64,000 nucleotides of DNA, taken from assembly GCA_051003195.1 (NCBI GenBank), contig JBPCLP010000025.1, positions 64,001-128,000 on the forward strand. The letters run 5' to 3'. Shown here in pieces: positions 10,158 through 22,600 of this stretch. The notes under the pieces are model-generated. The model did not search any database. It worked only from the letters and a program-made list of their open reading frames with translations, and was not told the origin of the DNA. The stretch's first letter is position 1, and each line of letters starts with the position of its first letter. The DNA is from Candidatus Sumerlaeaceae bacterium (lineage in GTDB: Bacteria > Sumerlaeota > Sumerlaeia > Sumerlaeales > Sumerlaeaceae). Both the position numbers and the translations under genes were made by a program.

Positions 10158-11312
10158 ATGGCCAAGCGCCTGCTTTTTACCTCTGAGAGTGTCTCCGAAG
10201 GTCACCCGGACAAGGTTTGCGACCAGGTTTCCGACGCAATCCTGGATGCCTTGCTGGCGCAGGACCACAATAGCCGCGTGGCATGTGAATGCCTTGCGAC
10301 AACGGGGCTCATTGTTGTCGCGGGCGAGATCACGACCAAGGCAAATGTGGACTACACCACGATTGCGCGCCAGACGGTAAAAGAAATCGGCTATACCTCC
10401 GACGACATGGGTATCAACGGCGACACATGCGGGGTGCTGATCGCGCTGGACCGCCAGTCGCCCGACATCGCCATGGGTGTGGACTCAAGCGCCGATAAGG
10501 AACAGGGGGCGGGCGACCAGGGCATGATGTTCGGCTACGCAACCAGGGAGACCCCTGAGCTGATGCCGCTGCCAATCAGCATGTCGCACGAGCTGCTGCT
10601 GTTGCTCAGCCAATTGCGCCATTCGAAAAAGCTGCCCTACCTGCGCCCGGACGCCAAGAGCCAGGTGACGGTTGAATACGTGGACGGGAAGCCCGAGCGC
10701 ATTCACACCATTGTTATATCGACACAGCATTCACCCGATGTGGAAACAGGACAGATACGCGAAGACGTACTAAAGCACGTCATTCCGCAGGTCGGCGACA
10801 AACTTGGCTATTCGACAAAAGACATCATCCTGCACGTAAACCCGACCGGTCGCTTCGTCGTTGGTGGACCGCACGGCGACACAGGGCTGACCGGTCGCAA
10901 AATCATCGTGGATACGTACGGCGGAATGGGTCGGCACGGCGGCGGTGCATTCAGTGGCAAGGACCCCAGCAAGGTGGATCGCTCGGCAGCCTACGCCGCT
11001 CGGTGGGTTGCCAAAAATGTTGTTGCTGCCGATCTGGCGGAGAAATGCGAAGTGCAGGTGGCGTATGCCATCGGGGTCTCAAAGCCGGTCTCCATAAGCG
11101 TGAATGTGGATTCGTTCGGCACCGCGAAAATGGATGACGAAAAACTCACGAAACTTGTGGAGTCGTCGTTCGACTTATCCCCTCGCGCCATCATCCAGCA
11201 ACTGGACCTGCGGCGCCCCGTATATAAGCCGACTGCGAGCTACGGCCATTTCGGTCGTACCGGTGATGGCTTTACATGGGAGCGGACAGACATGGTGGAA
11301 CAACTGAAGTAA
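10158..11312 (+). CDS. metK: S-adenosylmethionine synthetase
   Basis: [50 protein letters not shown]. Confidence 0.98.
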   Translation: MAKRLLFTSESVSEGHPDKVCDQVSDAILDALLAQDHNSRVACECLATTGLIVVAGEITTKANVDYTTIARQTVKEIGYTSDDMGINGDTCGVLIALDRQSPDIAMGVDSSADKEQGAGDQGMMFGYATRETPELMPLPISMSHELLLLLSQLRHSKKLPYLRPDAKSQVTVEYVDGKPERIHTIVISTQHSPDVETGQIREDVLKHVIPQVGDKLGYSTKDIILHVNPTGRFVVGGPHGDTGLTGRKIIVDTYGGMGRHGGGAFSGKDPSKVDRSAAYAARWVAKNVVAADLAEKCEVQVAYAIGVSKPVSISVNVDSFGTAKMDDEKLTKLVESSFDLSPRAIIQQLDLRRPVYKPTASYGHFGRTGDGFTWERTDMVEQLK

Positions 11313-11460
11313 CCGGCAAAGCGCTCCACGAAGCACCGCAATCCGCATGGGAATGCCCGTCCTGCGGAATCTCTTGATCGCGTCTTAAATACGAATTCGT
11401 GTAAATGTGTGAGCCTCGTGGATACTGCCTGTGCTGCTTCGCACCTGCACGCGCGTGTTC

Positions 11461-13302
11461 ATGCATAGTTCTAATCGCGCCACGGTGGGTACGCGTCAGT
11501 CGGCGCTCATGCGCTGGCTGATTCTTGCAGTTGTCGTAGTTTATGCATTCCGTTACCTGGGGCTGGCACTTCACCGCGCGCCTAACCCTGACGAGCTGCA
11601 AAGTCTTGTGAATGCATTCGATCTTTCACGCGGCTTGCGGCTCTATCTCGATTTCTGGGACAATCACGGCCCCGCGCTGACGTGGCTGCTGGCGCCGCTG
11701 CTGCACTGGTGGCCGGACGATCATAACGTTTTCTTTGTCGCCCGGATGGTAGCATGGGGCATGGCAATGCTGACGGCATTGCTGGTTTACAAATGTGCGC
11801 AAGTCGCGTTTCCCTCAAGCCGGATTGTGGCACCCCTGGCCGCGCTGCTGTTTGTCGTATCGACACCGGTCATGGCGCACGGCATCGAGATTCGCCCCGA
11901 TAACTGCGTGCTGTTACTGTGGGCTGGTTGTCTTCTTGCGCTGATACACGGCATCCGAAGCGGCCGGGGGCGATGGTGGATGGTTGCAGGCTTGCTGCTT
12001 GGCTGCTGTGCCGTTTTCACGATCAAAGTGCTGCCGTTGTGCGTGTGCGTCATTCTACTTTTCGCCGGCGCGTGTTGGATCCGCAGGTATCAGGCAGATG
12101 AAAAATCGCCGGCATTCGACCGCCCCTCAGTCCGCAACCTGCTTATGTTTGCGTCCGCGTTTAGTTTGCCGGTCGCCGTATTACTTGGGTGGATGTGGCT
12201 CTCCGGCTCGTTGGAAGCATGGTATCTTTGCGTTATCCAGGCGAACGTGGATCGGCAGGAACGCGCGGGGCTGAGCCCTTTTACTGAACTTTTCGAAGGT
12301 GCACCGATCTGGATCGGGTTGAGTTTTGCGAGCATCGGACTCGCATTGCGCCGCTGGATTGGCGGCCGTGCCGGCGCCGAACTTCTTCTCGTCGGGCCCG
12401 CCGCGTTTCTGCTTTTCCAGTTTGCGTTTCTGCTGCCGACCAAATTCTTGAGCTCACTGCTGTCGGCCCAGGTGCCACAGGCAATTCTAAGCGCCTGGTT
12501 CGTGTGCGAGCTTGCATCCAAAGTAGCCGCGCGCGCACCCGAACCGCTGAGATGGCTCGCCGCGCAGTCTATGCTCCGAAGAGTTTCAGTGGCTGCAGTC
12601 TTTGCTGTGCTTGCGTTTGCAATGCGGTGGGAATGGCAGCGAGAAGAAGTAAGGTATGGCAGGTTTTATAATACAGAAGGCGTGGCGTATGTTAAGTTCG
12701 CCAATGACGTGGCCGGACGTTTCGGTCGCGGAGAGACTGGGTTTGATCCGAGTGGCTATGTTTTCCTGCGCGAAAAACCCGGGCTTTTCCACATCCTTGT
12801 TACTTTCATCAGGCGGATGCACAGCGAAGGCTTCATCGATCTGCAAATCCCGGCGCTGCTGCGCTCCAGCAATTGCAAATATGTAATTTACGATGCTCGT
12901 GCAAACAGTCTCAGACCCCGGGATGTTGCGTATCTGCGCTCGCATTTTGTTCCGGTCGATCAAGTTACGATAGCGAAGCAACCGGCGGTCCTCGCAATTG
13001 CGGGGCACCGCAGCTCGCCATCGGGCCAGACAAGCGCGCCGATTTCGGCAGTGTACGCCGCCCATTGGAAATTGGGAACGAGGTGGCAACGGACTCCGCT
13101 CGGTTTCCACTCAGCAGGCAATAGCATAGGCATGCCGCCAAACGTATGGCTGCTCGCTGCTGACAATCGTCCCCGGTCCGCGCCCCCGGCGCAAATAACC
13201 GGCTGGTCCGCGTTCAAAGAAGCTGGTAGTGAAGAGCGTCCTGGCCGAGAGGCTGCACCCGCGTGGTTTACACGCTACAAGGCGATTGCTGTTGAGCGAT
13301 GA
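11461..13302 (+). CDS. GT-C fold (ArnT/PMT-like) membrane glycosyltransferase
   Basis: Multi-TM protein; PDE after TM1, LYLDFWDNHGP, EIRPD; start uncertain (11431, 11461 or 11509). Confidence 0.7.
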   Translation: MHSSNRATVGTRQSALMRWLILAVVVVYAFRYLGLALHRAPNPDELQSLVNAFDLSRGLRLYLDFWDNHGPALTWLLAPLLHWWPDDHNVFFVARMVAWGMAMLTALLVYKCAQVAFPSSRIVAPLAALLFVVSTPVMAHGIEIRPDNCVLLLWAGCLLALIHGIRSGRGRWWMVAGLLLGCCAVFTIKVLPLCVCVILLFAGACWIRRYQADEKSPAFDRPSVRNLLMFASAFSLPVAVLLGWMWLSGSLEAWYLCVIQANVDRQERAGLSPFTELFEGAPIWIGLSFASIGLALRRWIGGRAGAELLLVGPAAFLLFQFAFLLPTKFLSSLLSAQVPQAILSAWFVCELASKVAARAPEPLRWLAAQSMLRRVSVAAVFAVLAFAMRWEWQREEVRYGRFYNTEGVAYVKFANDVAGRFGRGETGFDPSGYVFLREKPGLFHILVTFIRRMHSEGFIDLQIPALLRSSNCKYVIYDARANSLRPRDVAYLRSHFVPVDQVTIAKQPAVLAIAGHRSSPSGQTSAPISAVYAAHWKLGTRWQRTPLGFHSAGNSIGMPPNVWLLAADNRPRSAPPAQITGWSAFKEAGSEERPGREAAPAWFTRYKAIAVER

Positions 13303-13569
13303 GGGCCGCGATTTGCAGCATTAGTAGTGGAGCAGGAACACTGATTTTCCGGTAAACATTCGGCCTCTTTGTCAGTAGATGGAAAGGACTGCGGCTGCCC
13401 AGGGCTGTCTCGCGCGCGTAAGCTTCTCTTCGTAAGTACCGGCGTCTTGTACAACAGGTATAACTTACTTGACGTGCAGAGTACGGTAACCATAGATTTT
13501 ACGCCAGAAGACGGCTGGTACGCCATCACTTGTCGCAGCCGCAGAAACAGATGTGGGAGCTAGATTCTT

Positions 13570-16413
13570 TTGAGGCCAACCGGTTTGAAACCAGCTTTTC
13601 TGTTTTTCATGTCCCTGTTGCTTTTGTGCACTGCCGCCGTAGCCGCGCCGAACGACGGTACTTTTAAGGTTCGTGTAGCCAGGGACTTGAAAAAAGAGGC
13701 TGCCGACAGCATCACGGCGGAACTAAAAAAAGAAGGCTATACGCCGGTGGATATCGTCCCGTCTGCCAGTGGATTTACCGTACTGGTGGGCGCGGCGCGA
13801 ACAAAACAGGAAGCCCAGGTGCTGGCAAAAGACCTGAAGTCGGCCGGCTTCACAACGGAAGACATTGAAGAGCCCGCCGCCGCAGGCGCAACTGCCGGCG
13901 CCGGAGCGCCAGCAGTATCGGCAGACACCAGCGGAGGCACAACGGCATATCGCGTGCTGGTACACGAGTTTCCAAAGTCGGAGCAGGCCGAGCAGGGAAA
14001 AGAAAACCTGAAGGCCGAGGGTTTCACGAACGTCGATATCACTCCTGAGGACGGCAAATATAAGTTATACGTCGGCACTTTCCCGCAGCAGTCCGACGCA
14101 CAGGCGCTTCTGAGCCAGATCAAAGGCGCGGGGTTTGCGATGGCGCAGGTTGCAACCATTGCCCGCCGACCGGATGCGAAGTCTGAGTCGGCTGCTGTGC
14201 CGCCACCGCTTGCATCTTTGCCGGCAAATCTTTCCGCCTCGCAAAAGAGCGATGCGCAAAGCCTGCTCGACAGAGCTAAACGTGCAGATGCGGGCGAAAT
14301 GAGTTATGCCGAGTACCAGGAATTTGTAAAAGAACGCCAGCGCCAGAGCAGTGGCGTCAAAATGCTGATTGCAGGCTATGAGAAGGACCTCGGCGAGAAG
14401 CGGGAAATCCAGAACAAGACCTGGTCGCTCTACCGCGAATTCGACAACCTGTTGGAGTCGCGGCGCTATGATGCGGCCCGGCGCAAGCTGGATGAAGTCC
14501 GCGCAGTTGATCCAAAGGATGCCTACCTCCCGGCAAAGCAGGAGCGGTTGTCGATGCTGATGGGTTCCGGCGGTGGAACTGGAGCACCTGTTGTCGCGCA
14601 GGGTTCTGCGGCAGGTCCAAGGCCCAACGGCCCCAAACCAGCCGATCCGGAAGCCGTGCAGCAGATGCTCGCCGAAGCGCGCAAGGCTGAAGGCGAGGGA
14701 CGCAACGAAGCAGCCCTGGCGCGTTATAACAAAGTGTATGAGCTGGATGCAACTCACGTGGAAGCGCGCAGCAAAATTGCAGAGCTGAACGAAAAGCTTA
14801 AACCGCAAGCCCCCGCGGCTGCGGGTACCAACCAGAAGCTGATCTACGGGGGCGGCGGGTTGCTGGTCGTTGTCATCCTGGCGCTCGCATACTGGAATTT
14901 CGTGAATGGCCGCCGCGAGAAGAAACTTGAGCAGCAGGTGCGCGAGTTGGCGCAGCACGGCAGCGTCGGCGCCCCTGCGCCTACACCTGCTTATGGCGCA
15001 TCTGCGCAGACGTTCGTGGATCCCCTGGCACCGGGCGGCATGTATAGTGCCGGCTCGGCGGCCACAGCAGGAGCTGGAATGAGCGGCATGGGAGCGGCAG
15101 CCATGGGTGACATGGGCGGCTCAGGGAAGCTGTTTGCCGGCGGAATGGATATGCCGGGCATGGGCGCGATGATCGGCGGAGCGGAAGATGAGAGTGATGA
15201 GCGCGAAGAAAAGCCGGCCGCCGCACAACAAACTTTCGAAGCCGAAGAAGTGGGCCATGACGAGGATGTGGTGTCGCTCTCGAGCTTGAATTTCGATGGG
15301 CTGCAAATGGGTGGTGACGAGCCGGATGTCGAAGTAAGCGCCAACGACACAGCGCCGGTGTTACCACCGCCGGGGTCTGATTCGCTTTCCCTGGGTGACC
15401 TGGACCTGGGCTTTGGTTCGGCCTCTGCTCCCTCTGCTCCCTCTGCTCCTACGCCTGTGCCTGCGGAGCCGGTCAACGCCTCTTCGCCATCTATGTCGAT
15501 GCCCGACCTGGACCTGGACGCACTGCTGAAAGGGACGTTTCCCGGGGCAAGTGCTGCAGCGCCGGACATGCCGTCCGCGCGCATCCAGGACATTTCTCCC
15601 GTGCAGTTGCCGTCGCTCGGAGAATTGACTTCCACCCAGGAAGAGAGATCGATCCATGATGAGCTGACCCTGCGTGAAATGAACGCTGGCGGCCTGGCTG
15701 CTGCCATGGGTGGCCTTGGGACCGCGCCGACGGTGCACATTCCAACACCTTTCCCTCAGCACGAATCCCTGGGTGGTGGTTCAGCCGGTGGAGCATCGCA
15801 GGCGCCTGTCGCGGCAACTTCAACCGCGCCCGCGGCTGCGGCAAACGCAAGTCACCACGAGCAAACGTTTGACCAGGAGCCCGTCGGATCGCAGCCCGCA
15901 AACTGGACGGGTGATTATGAGTACGCGTCCCTTACGGTCGACGATCAGAATTCCGTGGATGGCACAGGACGCTGCCTGAAGTTTGAAAAACGTTCGGGTG
16001 CGGGAAGCGCAAGCTACCACTGCAACTTTCCCAATGCCTCAGGTCAGGTGACTGTCGAGTTTGACATTCGGTGCGACGACAAGAACAAGTACCTGCTGGG
16101 ATTCTATGTCGAAAAGGACGAAGACTTTAAGCAGTCGGTTCACACAATCGTGCACCGGATTGATTCGCGGAGCCAGCCGTCGCTGCGAATCCAGGGCGAG
16201 CCTGTCCCGTATGAGCTTGGCAGTTGGCGCCGTGTGAAGTACGAGCTGAACCTGCTGATTGGCGTGGTGAACGCATTCGTGGACGAGCAGCACGTCGTTA
16301 AAGATGCGAAGTTGCCGACGATTCCTGCCTATGTGAACACGCTCTCGATTCGCGATAACCTCGCCACGACTGGCCTTTTTTACCTGGATAATATTCGGAT
16401 TACGCGCCGCTAG
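13570..16413 (+). CDS. SPOR-SPOR-TPR-TM protein with long acidic low-complexity cytoplasmic linker and C-terminal beta-rich domain
   Basis: Signal peptide; two SPOR-like repeats (FKVRVA...FTVLVG...GF and YRVLVH...YKLYVG...GF); TPR-like helices; TM LIYGGGGLLVVVILALAYW; linker rich in G/M/D/E/P. Confidence 0.75.
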   Translation: MRPTGLKPAFLFFMSLLLLCTAAVAAPNDGTFKVRVARDLKKEAADSITAELKKEGYTPVDIVPSASGFTVLVGAARTKQEAQVLAKDLKSAGFTTEDIEEPAAAGATAGAGAPAVSADTSGGTTAYRVLVHEFPKSEQAEQGKENLKAEGFTNVDITPEDGKYKLYVGTFPQQSDAQALLSQIKGAGFAMAQVATIARRPDAKSESAAVPPPLASLPANLSASQKSDAQSLLDRAKRADAGEMSYAEYQEFVKERQRQSSGVKMLIAGYEKDLGEKREIQNKTWSLYREFDNLLESRRYDAARRKLDEVRAVDPKDAYLPAKQERLSMLMGSGGGTGAPVVAQGSAAGPRPNGPKPADPEAVQQMLAEARKAEGEGRNEAALARYNKVYELDATHVEARSKIAELNEKLKPQAPAAAGTNQKLIYGGGGLLVVVILALAYWNFVNGRREKKLEQQVRELAQHGSVGAPAPTPAYGASAQTFVDPLAPGGMYSAGSAATAGAGMSGMGAAAMGDMGGSGKLFAGGMDMPGMGAMIGGAEDESDEREEKPAAAQQTFEAEEVGHDEDVVSLSSLNFDGLQMGGDEPDVEVSANDTAPVLPPPGSDSLSLGDLDLGFGSASAPSAPSAPTPVPAEPVNASSPSMSMPDLDLDALLKGTFPGASAAAPDMPSARIQDISPVQLPSLGELTSTQEERSIHDELTLREMNAGGLAAAMGGLGTAPTVHIPTPFPQHESLGGGSAGGASQAPVAATSTAPAAAANASHHEQTFDQEPVGSQPANWTGDYEYASLTVDDQNSVDGTGRCLKFEKRSGAGSASYHCNFPNASGQVTVEFDIRCDDKNKYLLGFYVEKDEDFKQSVHTIVHRIDSRSQPSLRIQGEPVPYELGSWRRVKYELNLLIGVVNAFVDEQHVVKDAKLPTIPAYVNTLSIRDNLATTGLFYLDNIRITRR

Positions 16414-16510
16414 TGTGGTACCCCATTCAATTCGTTCACTGGTTTTGTGTGCCGTCCGAGCTCGAAAGCTTCCTGAAGTATAGCCATGAACTTCCGGGAC
16501 GGCACACTAG
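16410..16510 (+). mobile_element. ~100-bp MITE/REP-like element, copy 1
   Basis: CTAG at both ends (CTAGTGTG...CACACTAG); internal stem GTGTGCCGTCC/GGACGGCACAC; similar to copies at 36028, 44503 and 60881. Confidence 0.7.
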
Positions 16511-16602
16511 ATGATCAGGGGTTAGGATGTGTGATGTACGACGTTTGCGCAAATCTGGAGTTGGCGCAGTCCATCCTGTCTCTGTGTGAAGGAATCTAGC
16601 GG

Positions 16603-19600
16603 TTGGATCTCGCAATAGCACAGGAATTTCTCGACGAAGTAAATGCGAAAGCCGACGCGGGCGAACTCCTCAAGCGAATCGGCTATGCAAACGATAAAAT
16701 CCAAGTGGTTGGAGATGCCATCAAGGCATTTTGCCCGATCCATAAAGATAAGAAGTTTCGCTCGCTCCTTATTGAAAGCGGTAAACAGAGCTTCAAGTGC
16801 ACGCTGAAGACATGCGCCGGCGCGCAGGGTGGAACCCTTGTGGAGCTTTATGCGCTGGCGCGTAAGATGGAGCCGCTGCTTGCGGGCGCTGAACTGGTGG
16901 GAGCGCTTGACCTCGCTATTGATCCCGAATGGACGAGCCAGATTGCGGCAGCCATGCTTGAGGAAGCACAGCAGGCATTCGTCAGGCGTGAACCTGAGCT
17001 GGCCGAAAGTGCTGCGCGCCGCGCGCTTAAGTTTCAGCCGACGCTTGCCGATGCACGTTTATTACTTGCGACGATGTTTGCCGAACGCGGCGAGATGGCG
17101 CAAGCTGTGGATGAGTATGCCGCCCTCGTGGAAGGCTATCTTTCCGCCTCGCAATATGAGGAAGCCGACCAGACGCTCGAAAGCGCGATCGCTGCATTTC
17201 CGGACAGCGAAGACCTGCTGTTTCTGCAGGTGCGTAGCGCCGAGCAGCAGAATCAAACGGATCGCGCCGTCGAGCTACTGAATGAGATCGTTGGTCGACG
17301 TGAGGCAACCAACCGCCAGATGGATAACGTTGGCGTGTTACAGAAAATTCTCGAGCTGCGTGCGGACAATGCGGATGCCCATGTAAAACTTTCGGAAATT
17401 TACGAGCAGCGCCACGATATGCGCACGGCAGGCAAAGAGCTGGAGATAGCAGCCCGACTGCTGAAAGAACAGGGACGCAACGCCGACGCAATTCCACTTC
17501 TCGAAAGAGTTGTGAAACTTGCGCCTGAGATGGCGAAGACTCGCCTCGATCTCGCCGAGGAGCTGATTCGGGATGGCGATTATGCACGCGCCAAAGAACA
17601 GATTTTTGAAATCGCCAACCAGCAGATTGAGAACCAGAATTTCGCCGCCGCAGAATTAACAGCGCGTCGCTGGCTGGAAGTTGAACCGGAAAGTTTCGAG
17701 GTCCATGAGACACTGGCGCGTATCTACATGGACCAGGATCGGCAGTCGGAAGCCGGTGTCGAACTGAAACAGGCCGCCGAGTTTTCGCTGAAGCACGGTG
17801 AGTCGGAACGGGCGATGCAGTTCTTCTTCAGGGTTAAGTTTGTAGCTCCGGAGAACCTCGAGGTACGCCGACAGATTATCAGCCTGTTTGAGCAGCAGGG
17901 AGAAACGGAGCGTGCCGGTTTCGAACTGCTGGACCTTGCTGAAGTGCTGCTGGGGCAATCAAATCCGGAGGAAGCAGAGCAGGCGCTTACCAGGGCCGCG
18001 GATATTACAGATTCGCGCGATGTGAAGCAGCAGGTAGCAGACACGCTGCTGTCCCACGGACGCAACGATGCGGCGGAACAGCTCCTCAGGCAGATAATCA
18101 GCGAGGCAGAAGCTGACGCCGACCTGGCAGCGGTTGCCGATGCGAGCAGCACTCTGCTACAGATCCTGCCGGACGATGTGAGCCTGGCCTTTCGCCGATG
18201 CATGTGCCTCTGGGAGTGCGATCCGGACAGGGCGCTGGAAGAGACCGGAAGAGTTGTGGGCGATCTGTTGCAGGCAGGTGAACGTGAGAGTGCAGTAGAT
18301 CTGCTGCGTAAGGGCGCTGCTTACGCATCCGAATACTGCGAAGAAAGCCTGGATTGTCTGCGACAGGCGTTGGGTGTGCAGGACGCTGAGTCCGCCGGGA
18401 AATTTTACTCTGCTGTAATTCACACCGTTGCGGAAGAAGATACTGAGGCAGCCCTGCAACTTGCTCGCGAGATGACAGCACTGGACCCTTCGCACGCAAC
18501 GGCCCTGGCGGACTGCGGTGTGCTGTTCGCAAACGTCGGCATGACTCATGACTCTGCCGAGGCGTATGTTCAGCTTGCGAAAATCAGTGAGTCGACTGGT
18601 GACCGTGAACTCGCGCTGCAGCATCTGGAGGATGCGCTATCGCAGGAACCTGAGCACTTAACCGCGCTGCAGCGACGCGCAGAGCTCGCGCTGGCGCATA
18701 CTGACGCCGACTCCGCGCGATCTTACTTTCAGGCATTCGTAGATGTACTCCAGGTGCGTGGTTCGGAAGATGAGCTACGGAGCGGACTGCGAACATACCT
18801 GGAATATTACCCGGATGATCTCGCCGTGCAAATGCAGCTTGCATCGTTACTGGTTCAAGCAGGCGAGGAACAGAACGCGCTTGAAATGTACCTTCGGATT
18901 GCGGAGCATGCCAGCACAACAGAAGCGGTCAGTCTCCAGGTAAACAGTCTGCAAAATGCAGTCGGCATCGCGGGGCGGGATGCGGCAATTCGGCAGCGCC
19001 TTGGAAAGGCTCTGAAACTTCACGGACAGGCGCAGGCTGCAGCTATCGAACTGCTTGAAGCCGCGCGACTTTTGTGCGAGTCGGGCAGCTTGTCCCAGGC
19101 GCGTACCGCAGCTGCTGAATCCGCAGAATCGGCTGACGATCCTCTCCAGGCGCTTGAGCTCCTGTGCACTATCGATGAGGAAATGAACGATCCCGAGCTG
19201 CTTGCAGAAGATCTGCCGCAGCTGATTGCACAGCTTCGCAGCGCTGGCCGTGTACATCAAGCTTTAGAACGGGCGAACCGGCTGCTTCAGCTGAAACCTG
19301 GTCTGGTAAGCCAGCGCATTGTCGCTGACCTCCGCGCCGAAAACGGCGACACAGACGAAGCGCTGAAGGAATACACGCTTCTTGCGCAGCAGTATGAGGA
19401 GCAGAAGGATTATCCGGAGGCGCTGGCCATTCATGCGGAAATGGCTCAACTGCGGGCGCCGAATCTTGATACGCTGCATCGGCTTGTTCGGCTCGCGGAA
19501 AAGACCAGTCCCGAAGCGGCGGCTTCGGCGAAGCTGCAATTAGGCCAGGCTTTGCTCGCATCTGGAGATGTGCTGGGGGCATTTGAAACCGCAAGAACGC

Positions 19601-22600
19601 TGGGTAAGCAAAACACCGGTGTCCTGGCCGCGGCGATGCTGCTGCAAAAAATTGGACGGGCTGCGGGCACATTGGAACAGGCGCTGGAAGCTTTTCTCGC
19701 CGCCGCCGAAGCATACGCGACGTTCCCTGAAAAATCGGAAGCCAAGATCGAGTGCCTTGAAGCGGCCCTGGCGCTTGATCCCGAAAACACCGCCGCGCAC
19801 CAGATGCTCGCTGAGCATTACGAAGCCGCGGGAGAAGCGGATTTCGCATTCTCGCACCGTGTCGCATTACTGCCCGTGGCAGCCGGATCGAAAAAACAGA
19901 ATGCCTGGAAACAGGAACTTGCAAAACTGCGTGTGCTGGCAGCCGATGATCCGGGCAAGCACCTCGAGCTTGGCAGGCGCGCGCTTCGCAGCGAGCAGGT
20001 AGCATATGCACTGGAGGACTTTGAAAAGGCCGCAGAGTTGGGCGCCGCAGCCGGGGATGATCCTGTTGTCCTGGAGTCCGCCGACGCTGCAGAGGCACTG
20101 GTGTTTAACTCCGTGGTGTTATGTCGCGCGAAATTTGACGTCCTGCTTTCTTCCGGTGATAAGGAAGTTGCGAAAGTATGGCTGCGCGAATGTGCGCAAC
20201 AGGCACTACGAAGCGACAAGGCCTCCGAAGCCGAAGACTACGCACAACGATGGATTGAACTCGACCGCGCCGATGCCGATGCGCTGGAACTGCTGGCGGC
20301 TGCCTACCAGAAACAGAACCGTACCCAGAAAGCCGTGGATACTTATATTGCGCTGGCTAATCTGCTTAAATTTGCTGGCGATTACGAGCGTTCCATCGCT
20401 ATTCTTCGTCAGTGCCTCGCCGTCGACGATCAGTCCGTCCCAGCGCGACAGCTCCATTGGCAGGTGCTGCTTGAGGCAGATAAGCAGAACGAAGCATTAC
20501 AGGAGATGCACCAACTGGCTGACTTGCTGATTGAGCGGCAGTCATACCGCGACGCTTGTACGCTGCTATCGCGAATTCTCGATTATCGCACGAACTCCGA
20601 GCAGACGCTGGAGCGCCTGGCTTCTCTTGTTCACGAACACGAGGGATTCGCGAAGGCCTCCCCATACTTTAGAAAACTCATTCAATTGAAGAGTGCGACA
20701 CTTCCGGCGGACCAGATGGCGGCCGAGTACGAACGCATCTTGAAGCTTGAAGGGGTCGATGCCGAGTTTCGCCGGGAATATGCGGACTTTTTAAAAGCGC
20801 AGGGGCTGCTGCCCGATGCCAAGGAACAATACCTTCACACCGCACAGGTGTACCGCGACGAATTGAATTCTCCCGAAAAAGCAGTCGAGCTTTTCATCCT
20901 TGCCGTGGAACTGCTTCCAGAGAGCGGCGACTCTCCCATCTACGAGGAAGTGGCCAGGCTGCACCAGGCATCAGGCAATCTGGAGGACGCGGTCGCAGCC
21001 CTCCGGAAAGCATCGAGACAATACATTGCTGCAGGTGAGAGCAAAAAGGCGGTGCAGTCTATCCGCAGAGCCCTGGAGATAGACATCGGTCAGGACCGAG
21101 CGGCGGACGAGGCTCTCCTCGCTCATGCACTGGTTGCAGCGGGGGAAAAGAAAAAGGCGAAGGAAGCGTTTAACCAGGCGTTCATAAAAGCGCAGTCGCC
21201 AGACAGCTCTCTTCCAGAATCAGTGCAACGCGAAGTCTACACGACACTTTTAGCGGCTGATCCGCTGCATGTGGAAAGCGCTCTTGCGCTGCTGGCGCTC
21301 TTACCAACCGGCGATGTTGCGCCGTCTGCGCTGGAGACCCTTGGCGCTTTCAAGGAAGCAGGGCGTCACGAGGATCAAATTCGTATTCTCAAGGCGGCAC
21401 GCTCCGCCGCACCTGCGGATATACAGATTCGTCAGGAGTTGGTTGGCTTATACAGGTCGCGCGGCGATACTGCGAAATTGCAATACGAGCTCGCCGACCT
21501 TGTGCGCACTGCCAGCGCCGCAAAACAGCATGATCATGCCCGCGAGGCGCTGGAAGAGCTTACGTGTCTCCCGCCATCGGCCGACCTTAAGCTGCAGGTA
21601 GCGCCGCTCTATTTTCAGCTCGAGGATGAGGAGCAGGCCGTCGCCGCCTACTGCAGCGCTGCTGAGCTTTTCGAGGAAGCGGGGCAGAGCGACGATGCGG
21701 TGGATGCTTTGCGGCATGCACTCCAAATCAATGGCAACTCGGTACCTGCCGCCCTCGTTGCTTCGCTGGCGCGCAAGGGAGGCGCCGAGGTTCGAAAGAT
21801 TGCGCGCGACATTCTCGAAGCGGCATTGATCGCCCGCACACGTACAAGATCACTGGTACTCGCGGTGGCCCTTTTGGAACGAGAACCCCTGGAGGAAGCA
21901 AAGCGGCTGCTGAGCATGGTTTTTATGCGCGGCGGTGCAGGGTTTGTCGCCGCGATTGCCGGAACCCATGCGGACTGGCTGCTGGAAGCGGGAAGAAGCG
22001 ACGATACCGCAGGGGTTGTGACGTTCATAACGCAATTGGCTCCGAACTCACCGGATGTATGGTGGCTCGCGTCCCAATTGAGAAAGCGCTGCGGCGACAA
22101 AGCGGGTTCCGCCGAGGCCGCACTGAAAGCGGCACAGCTATACAATGAAGCTGGCGCCGTTTCTGAGGAGGAGAGCTGCTACCGCGACGTTTTGGACGAG
22201 ATTCCGGAAGACGCGGCGACGCTACAGACGCTGGCGTTTTTTTACGAACGCGAGAAGCGCGGTGAAGAAGGCATCGAAGTCATGCGCCGGCTGGCTGCCA
22301 TCGCGCATAATGCAGGCGATGTAACCGGCGGATTAAGCTGGCTGCGGAAGGCGCTTGATTTGGGCCCCTCCCAGGATGAGTTGCGCGCGCAATACGCAGA
22401 ACTGCTTCAGGTTGCCGGCAAATCTGACCAGGCGCTTGAGCAATGGCTGGAGGTTGCGCGACGCAGCGCCAAGACTGGAATCCCGGACCGCGCAGTCCAC
22501 GCCTACCAGAAGGTACTGCAGCTGGAGCCGGAGAACGAACACGCCCTCAGCTTCCTCCTGGATGCAGCAACGCGAGCTGGCGATGAAGCCGAGGTCCGCC

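Noticed and set aside
15421..15450. 9-bp tandem repeat (CCTCTGCTC)x3
   Set aside because: In-frame Ser-Ala-Pro linker repeat; cannot shift the reading frame
16603..16930. Calling the giant ORF dnaG
   Set aside because: Only the zinc-binding domain is present; no TOPRIM catalytic core
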